A stretch of DNA of 64,000 nucleotides from Chitinivibrionales bacterium (lineage in GTDB: Bacteria; Fibrobacterota; Chitinivibrionia; Chitinivibrionales; WJKA01): assembly GCA_038247415.1 (NCBI GenBank), contig JBBRUX010000005.1, positions 32,001 to 96,000 on the forward strand, read 5' to 3'. The position numbers and the translations under genes are program-made. The number at the start of each line of letters is the position of its first letter. The first letter of the stretch is position 1. The notes beneath the pieces are model-generated. The model did not search any database. It was not told where the DNA came from and saw only the letters and a program-made list of their open reading frames with translations. Below, piece after piece: positions 59,835-64,000 of the stretch.

Positions 59835-60050
59835 CTCTGCGAACGGCTCAAAACCGTACCCTGAGCGGAGCCGAAGGGTCTCGTGTCAAGCGCGTAAGGG
59901 AGGACGGGATGTGCTGGGGAAAACGGCAGTGACACCCCCTCAGTGCAAAAAGACTCAGGCGCTTTGCGCCGCAAGGATTTTTGTACCGGCTTGCGAAGCA
60001 AGAGCATGGAGGAGGCCCGACGGCGAAGCCGGTACGCCCAAATTCTTGCT
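59835..60050. repeat. GC-rich REP-like composite intergenic repeat, copy 1
   Basis: Blocks 59835-59879 and 60015-60050 recur at 63310-63379 and 63398-63433; contains the CCCTGAGCGGAGCCGAAGGG hairpin. Confidence 0.75.
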
Positions 60051-60064
60051 CAATATCTCCAAGA

Positions 60065-60508
60065 CTAACGATTCAAAAAAATAATCAGCCCCAACCCCGA
60101 TGTAAATGTTCCAAAAACGGTTGGATCGAAATCGAGCTTATATCCCACATGTCCATACAGTTTTAATTGAGGAACAATCTCATATTGTAAGCCATAATAA
60201 TTTCTAAAACTAAAGCGAGCATCAACATGATCAGCAAAATTTAGTGCTGGTGAAAACCCGATGTAATGCTCTAAATTCGTAGCAATAGTTCCAAAAATAA
60301 AATTATTTTCTAATTCTATCGACATATCATAGTCTCCATCTTTACGTATGCTCATTCCCACCTGTGGTCGCATTTCGTATACTGGACCAAAACGGATATC
60401 CGCACCAACAGTCGGATGCTCGCCAACAGAAAAAAGAAGGCCGAAATCTGCTGCTAGCACTGTGCTGGCAAAAGTTACTACTGCTGCCAAAAGATACACA
60501 AATTTCAT
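60065..60508 (-). CDS. Secreted small beta-barrel-like outer membrane protein
   Basis: Signal peptide ending VLA; alternating aromatic/Gly beta strands; RBS AGGAG. Confidence 0.6.
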   Translation of the reverse strand: MKFVYLLAAVVTFASTVLAADFGLLFSVGEHPTVGADIRFGPVYEMRPQVGMSIRKDGDYDMSIELENNFIFGTIATNLEHYIGFSPALNFADHVDARFSFRNYYGLQYEIVPQLKLYGHVGYKLDFDPTVFGTFTSGLGLIIFLNR

Positions 60509-60589
60509 AAAAACTCCTCTAATAAATTAGTAGATCCATATAATAATAATATAGATTAATCCCAAACCTGAGGGGGACTTCAAGAAAGC

Positions 60590-61027
60590 CTATGCAATAG
60601 TATCACTCCACAACTGCCGAACCAAATCTAATATGATATGTTTTTGATCTTGGGCTATTGGGTATTTAGGTGAATTGTATGCAGTGGTGTCGCGATTTTC
60701 TATTACAAGCACTTTTGCATTGCCACTCAACGAATGAGTGTGCCACCCAGACATCTTGACATTATACATTTTCCCAGGCACCATGTCAATTGCGTGAATT
60801 GCCTTAGGGGAAGTATCTCCTTCTGCAAGGAAAAGTATGCATCTTCCGGATAGGAGAACAAATACTTCATCTGTTTCCAAATGCCTCTGAAACGTAGTAA
60901 GGTTTTCGGGCAAAAGTTCGTCGATAAAATTTAAAACCGCAACGCGCCAGGCACCAAAGTCTACAACAGGCTTATACCCTGCGCCGTTATACTCGCTAAT
61001 TTCAAGTAACGATTCTGGAATTGACAT
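60590..61027 (-). CDS. Cupin-fold hypothetical protein
   Basis: RH..TDEVFVL..G and G.MYNV...WHTH cupin metal motifs. Confidence 0.7.
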   Translation of the reverse strand: MSIPESLLEISEYNGAGYKPVVDFGAWRVAVLNFIDELLPENLTTFQRHLETDEVFVLLSGRCILFLAEGDTSPKAIHAIDMVPGKMYNVKMSGWHTHSLSGNAKVLVIENRDTTAYNSPKYPIAQDQKHIILDLVRQLWSDTIA

Positions 61028-61115
61028 ACACTCATCCTTTTCGCGTCATTTAGAGTAACCCTTATCCTTTACGACCAACTATACCCAAAAGTAATTTAAA
61101 AGAAATTGAAAAACC

Positions 61116-62210
61116 TTATGGAGTTACAGGTTTTTCAATTTCTAATCTGTGCAGTAGTTTCCCCCCCGGAGTGTAAAATTGCGTATTGTTAAACAGGTCT
61201 GTCCTCGATACGACTACTATATTCTTGGTATTATTATAAAGGACTCTTTTGCTTAGAACAGCTCTCCGATCTACTTTTTTACCTTGCTGGATAGCTGCCG
61301 CAGAAATGTAATCATAAGCGCACGACCCTTCAAGAATGGTTGAAAACGACCCAACCTGTGGATATCGCCACGCTTTTCCAGCGCCATCTATAAACGAAAA
61401 ATAATACGTTCTGCATAGCGTAAACTTATCGGTCAAAACCTGATAGCTGCCAGAAGCAGATTTTCCGAGTGTGCGCGTAAGTGGTAAACTAACCCCATTG
61501 ATTACTACCAAAGCTTGCTGTGGTGCTTTACCTGATGCATCAAAGTAGGCAGCCATAAACGTTGTTTTATTGGCATCGATAAAAAAATGAGACCCTGCAA
61601 TAATGGGAAACGGTGCATACGGGCTTGACCCACCACCAAAATCATGAACCCAAAAATAGGAGTATTGTACTTTTCCAGAATCGTAACCTGCACCAAGCTC
61701 ATGATATGCACTGCTCATGATATTTTTACGATGCCCATCAGTGCCCGAACCATCGGCTGCTGGAGGATTGCCATCCATCACCCACTGTTTCATGGTAGCA
61801 AGAGGACTAGAATTTCCAGAAGCAATATTTTCTGCCAAATTTCCGCTTTGTGTATAATACGAATTGATTCTGACAAATGCATCGGTTCCATTGCAGGAAT
61901 TATGTTGTAGTCCGCACTTGGATGCCATGTCAGTTGCATGCGCCCGAGAAGATCTGTTAAGATCGATATTCCAGTAAACGGGCCCCACAGCCGGGTACAC
62001 CGATGGCTGCAATATTGTGGTATACGCAGCACCTACATAGGCATTGCGATATCCAACCGGATCGAATCGACACGCGTTAGTCAATACAATTAAGCTTCTC
62101 TCGTGCCAATTAGGATACCCTGGATACGCAGCAGGGGGATCCCCATATCCAGCGTTCGAATATGTAACCCCGAGAACTAAAAGTGCAAAAAGCAAACAGT
62201 ATCGACTCAT
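61116..62210 (-). CDS. Secreted CAP/SCP-domain protein
   Basis: LTNACR, AHATDMA, HNS, AENIASG, GHRKNIM, WVHDFG; signal peptide from ATG 62210 with RBS AAGGAG. Confidence 0.85.
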   Translation of the reverse strand: MSRYCLLFALLVLGVTYSNAGYGDPPAAYPGYPNWHERSLIVLTNACRFDPVGYRNAYVGAAYTTILQPSVYPAVGPVYWNIDLNRSSRAHATDMASKCGLQHNSCNGTDAFVRINSYYTQSGNLAENIASGNSSPLATMKQWVMDGNPPAADGSGTDGHRKNIMSSAYHELGAGYDSGKVQYSYFWVHDFGGGSSPYAPFPIIAGSHFFIDANKTTFMAAYFDASGKAPQQALVVINGVSLPLTRTLGKSASGSYQVLTDKFTLCRTYYFSFIDGAGKAWRYPQVGSFSTILEGSCAYDYISAAAIQQGKKVDRRAVLSKRVLYNNTKNIVVVSRTDLFNNTQFYTPGGKLLHRLEIEKPVTP

Positions 62211-62355
62211 GGTAAGCTCCTTGAATACCTTAATTATTGACTGTCCGAAAACACTTGTAACACCCCGTTGAAAGGAGTCGAAACAAGCTTCATTATCAAA
62301 AGATACCTTGTGCAATTTCGGTATCCAAGAAAAACTCTCCAGAGCTACGCGCGAA

Positions 62356-63048
62356 TTATTTATTCTTTTTAGCAATCATGAACAAATTTGCATGGAACAT
62401 AACCTGTGCTTTAGCGAGCTTGTAATTAAACGGAAAAAATATTTTAAGCAGTGCACTCCCCCGCTTGACCAATTGATCTAAAAACCATCCTGGAATAAAA
62501 TCGAAATGGGCATAAAAATGTTTCTTGTGTATAACGGCAAAATCCGAATCACTCAACATTGTCTCAAAGCGATAGGGTGTTACAATAAAGGCATGGGTAT
62601 AATCTATCCAGAAATCCATGCCCCATGAGTTAAAATCGGGAAAAAGAAAAACCGCTACACCCCCAGGCTTTAAAACCCGATGAATTTCTTTTAGTAAATC
62701 ATATGCTTTTTCGTGATTGGGCATATGCTCAAAAACATGACTTAACACAATACAATCGGCACTCTTATCATCTTGGATTATAGGCGGAACAAAGCCCAAA
62801 TACCCTTCGGCTCCTAATTTTTTTGCATTTTCTAAAATCAATTCGTTATTATCGAAGCACACATAGCTATGCCCATTTTCAAGACACCACCGTGTAAAAT
62901 CTCCCTGCCCCGGGCCAACTTCAACAATGCGACTCGCTTTGGGAATTACCTTTGCAATAGCTCCATTTACTCTTGTTCGCAGGATAGAATTGGTCAATCG
63001 CCCTAAAGCCGTAGGCTTTTTGGTCATAAAAAAATCATATTTGCTCAT
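62356..63048 (-). CDS. Class I SAM-dependent methyltransferase
   Basis: IVEVGPGQG, SHVFEH, RVLKPGG, DYTH. Confidence 0.85.
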   Translation of the reverse strand: MSKYDFFMTKKPTALGRLTNSILRTRVNGAIAKVIPKASRIVEVGPGQGDFTRWCLENGHSYVCFDNNELILENAKKLGAEGYLGFVPPIIQDDKSADCIVLSHVFEHMPNHEKAYDLLKEIHRVLKPGGVAVFLFPDFNSWGMDFWIDYTHAFIVTPYRFETMLSDSDFAVIHKKHFYAHFDFIPGWFLDQLVKRGSALLKIFFPFNYKLAKAQVMFHANLFMIAKKNK

Positions 63049-63309
63049 AAATCAATCTCCAACTAAATAAACTTTCCTAGAACCTAATTAAAATAATACG
63101 TGTAGCCTCCCTTTGGTTATTGCCTTATTAACCCACAAGAGAATTATGATTTGGGCGTTTAAGATTTAAATCTGGCGGTTGTTTCTGAATTTGGGGGGGG
63201 GGGGAATACTTAATAAATCTTAATAATCTTGAATCTGGGCACCACGGTTGCCACCGTCGGCCCCTCTCCGCTACCGTAATTGTAAAACTCCTTGTTCGCT
63301 TCTACTCGG

Positions 63310-63433
63310 CTCTGCGAACCGCTCAAATCCGAACCCTGAGCGGAGCGCCGCATTGAGCGTCGTCGAAATGTCGAAGGGTTTCCCCCCGCTTCTGAGTGCC
63401 CGACGGCGAAGCCGATACGCCCCAATTCTTGCT
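63310..63433. repeat. REP-like composite intergenic repeat, copy 2 (with nested unit)
   Basis: Same two flanking blocks as 59835-60050; an extra CATTGAGCGTCGTCGAAATG unit lies inside the hairpin. Confidence 0.75.
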
Positions 63434-63495
63434 TTATTATTCTTGATTAAAGCAAATCCAAAATGCCGAGATCCTTATCCTTTTTTTTATCTTTT

Positions 63496-64000
63496 TTATA
63501 TGCTTTTCCTCCTCGCATGAGGCGAATCCCCATACTGATTATACGCAATTGTTCTCCCTACCGACATAATGCGCCCACCGATACAGCTACTGCATTGAGT
63601 TGCGGTTTCATCGAGGCATGGTTTTCCATCGTATAATTGATAATTAGTACGTACATCGGTAGGAGTTACTTGCGGCATAATGACATTTGCACCATAGCGC
63701 AAACCATCTTCACGTCCATTGGGATTCATTGCTTGCAATGCGGTAGTTGCCGCAATATTGACATCTTCTAAATAAAGTCTGGTTACAGCAATCATGTTTA
63801 AGGCAAGCTGATAAATGTAATCTTTTTGACTATCGATAAGCGGGCCATAATGGCTCATTGGTGTGGCATGATGCACAATGAATGGTCCCATTCCAATCAT
63901 GTCAATATCGAGTATTTTAAAAAAGAGGATATCATCAGCAAGCATCTCAATAGTCTGATGAGGTAAACCAATCATGACGCCGGTTCCCACCTGAAAACCG
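63496..64000 (-). CDS. hydE: [FeFe]-hydrogenase maturase HydE, radical SAM (5' end outside window)
   Basis: GTGVMIGLPHQT..LADD, DMIGMGPF, AATTAL, GANVIMP..TP, YQLYDGKPC. Confidence 0.88.
   Translation of the reverse strand, partial: GFQVGTGVMIGLPHQTIEMLADDILFFKILDIDMIGMGPFIVHHATPMSHYGPLIDSQKDYIYQLALNMIAVTRLYLEDVNIAATTALQAMNPNGREDGLRYGANVIMPQVTPTDVRTNYQLYDGKPCLDETATQCSSCIGGRIMSVGRTIAYNQYGDSPHARRKSI

Noticed and set aside
59777..60166. Short ORFs over the REP-like repeat (also 63210-63520)
   Set aside because: Translations of repeat DNA (e.g. RPFGSAQG), not credible genes.
1..64000. CRISPR array, tRNA, rRNA or prophage genes
   Set aside because: No regularly spaced repeats, cloverleaf, rRNA or phage hallmark genes seen by eye; a tRNAscan/Rfam run would be needed to exclude small RNAs.

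Overview
Bacterial chromosomal window from an apparent anaerobe (adhE/rex, HydE). Gene content suggests a diderm of the FCB group, possibly Fibrobacterota/Chitinivibrionia-like; this is inference only. Housekeeping blocks: pheS-pheT, REC-GAF-GGDEF, waaA-holA-truA-htrA-gatA-nlpC-pheA-aminotransferase, earP-efp, lemA-TPM-TPM-pepA-cvpA-pilD, a TetR-TolC-HlyD-ABC exporter, and ffs-dnaX-ybaB-recR-pgpA-rpiB-cinA. A decayed patch at 13.7-16.1 kb holds a pseudogene, a group II intron remnant and an ISL3 fragment. The standout is a ~13.5-kb signalling island at 19.8-33.3 kb. A minus-strand operon ACP - fatty acyl-AMP ligase - non-canonical radical SAM - CqsA/LqsA-type alpha-hydroxyketone autoinducer synthase - (Ser-less ACP)-REC fusion sits directly downstream of a gene whose N-terminus resembles the CqsS/LqsS 6-TM autoinducer sensor but is fused to a class III adenylate cyclase rather than a histidine kinase. 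Divergent from it are a PilZ-fused N-acyl amino acid synthase, a methyltransferase and two paralogous GAF-histidine kinases. This reads as a candidate new quorum-sensing architecture: a tailored CAI-1-like lipid signal read out as cAMP. All family assignments come from motif recognition by eye; no searches were run.
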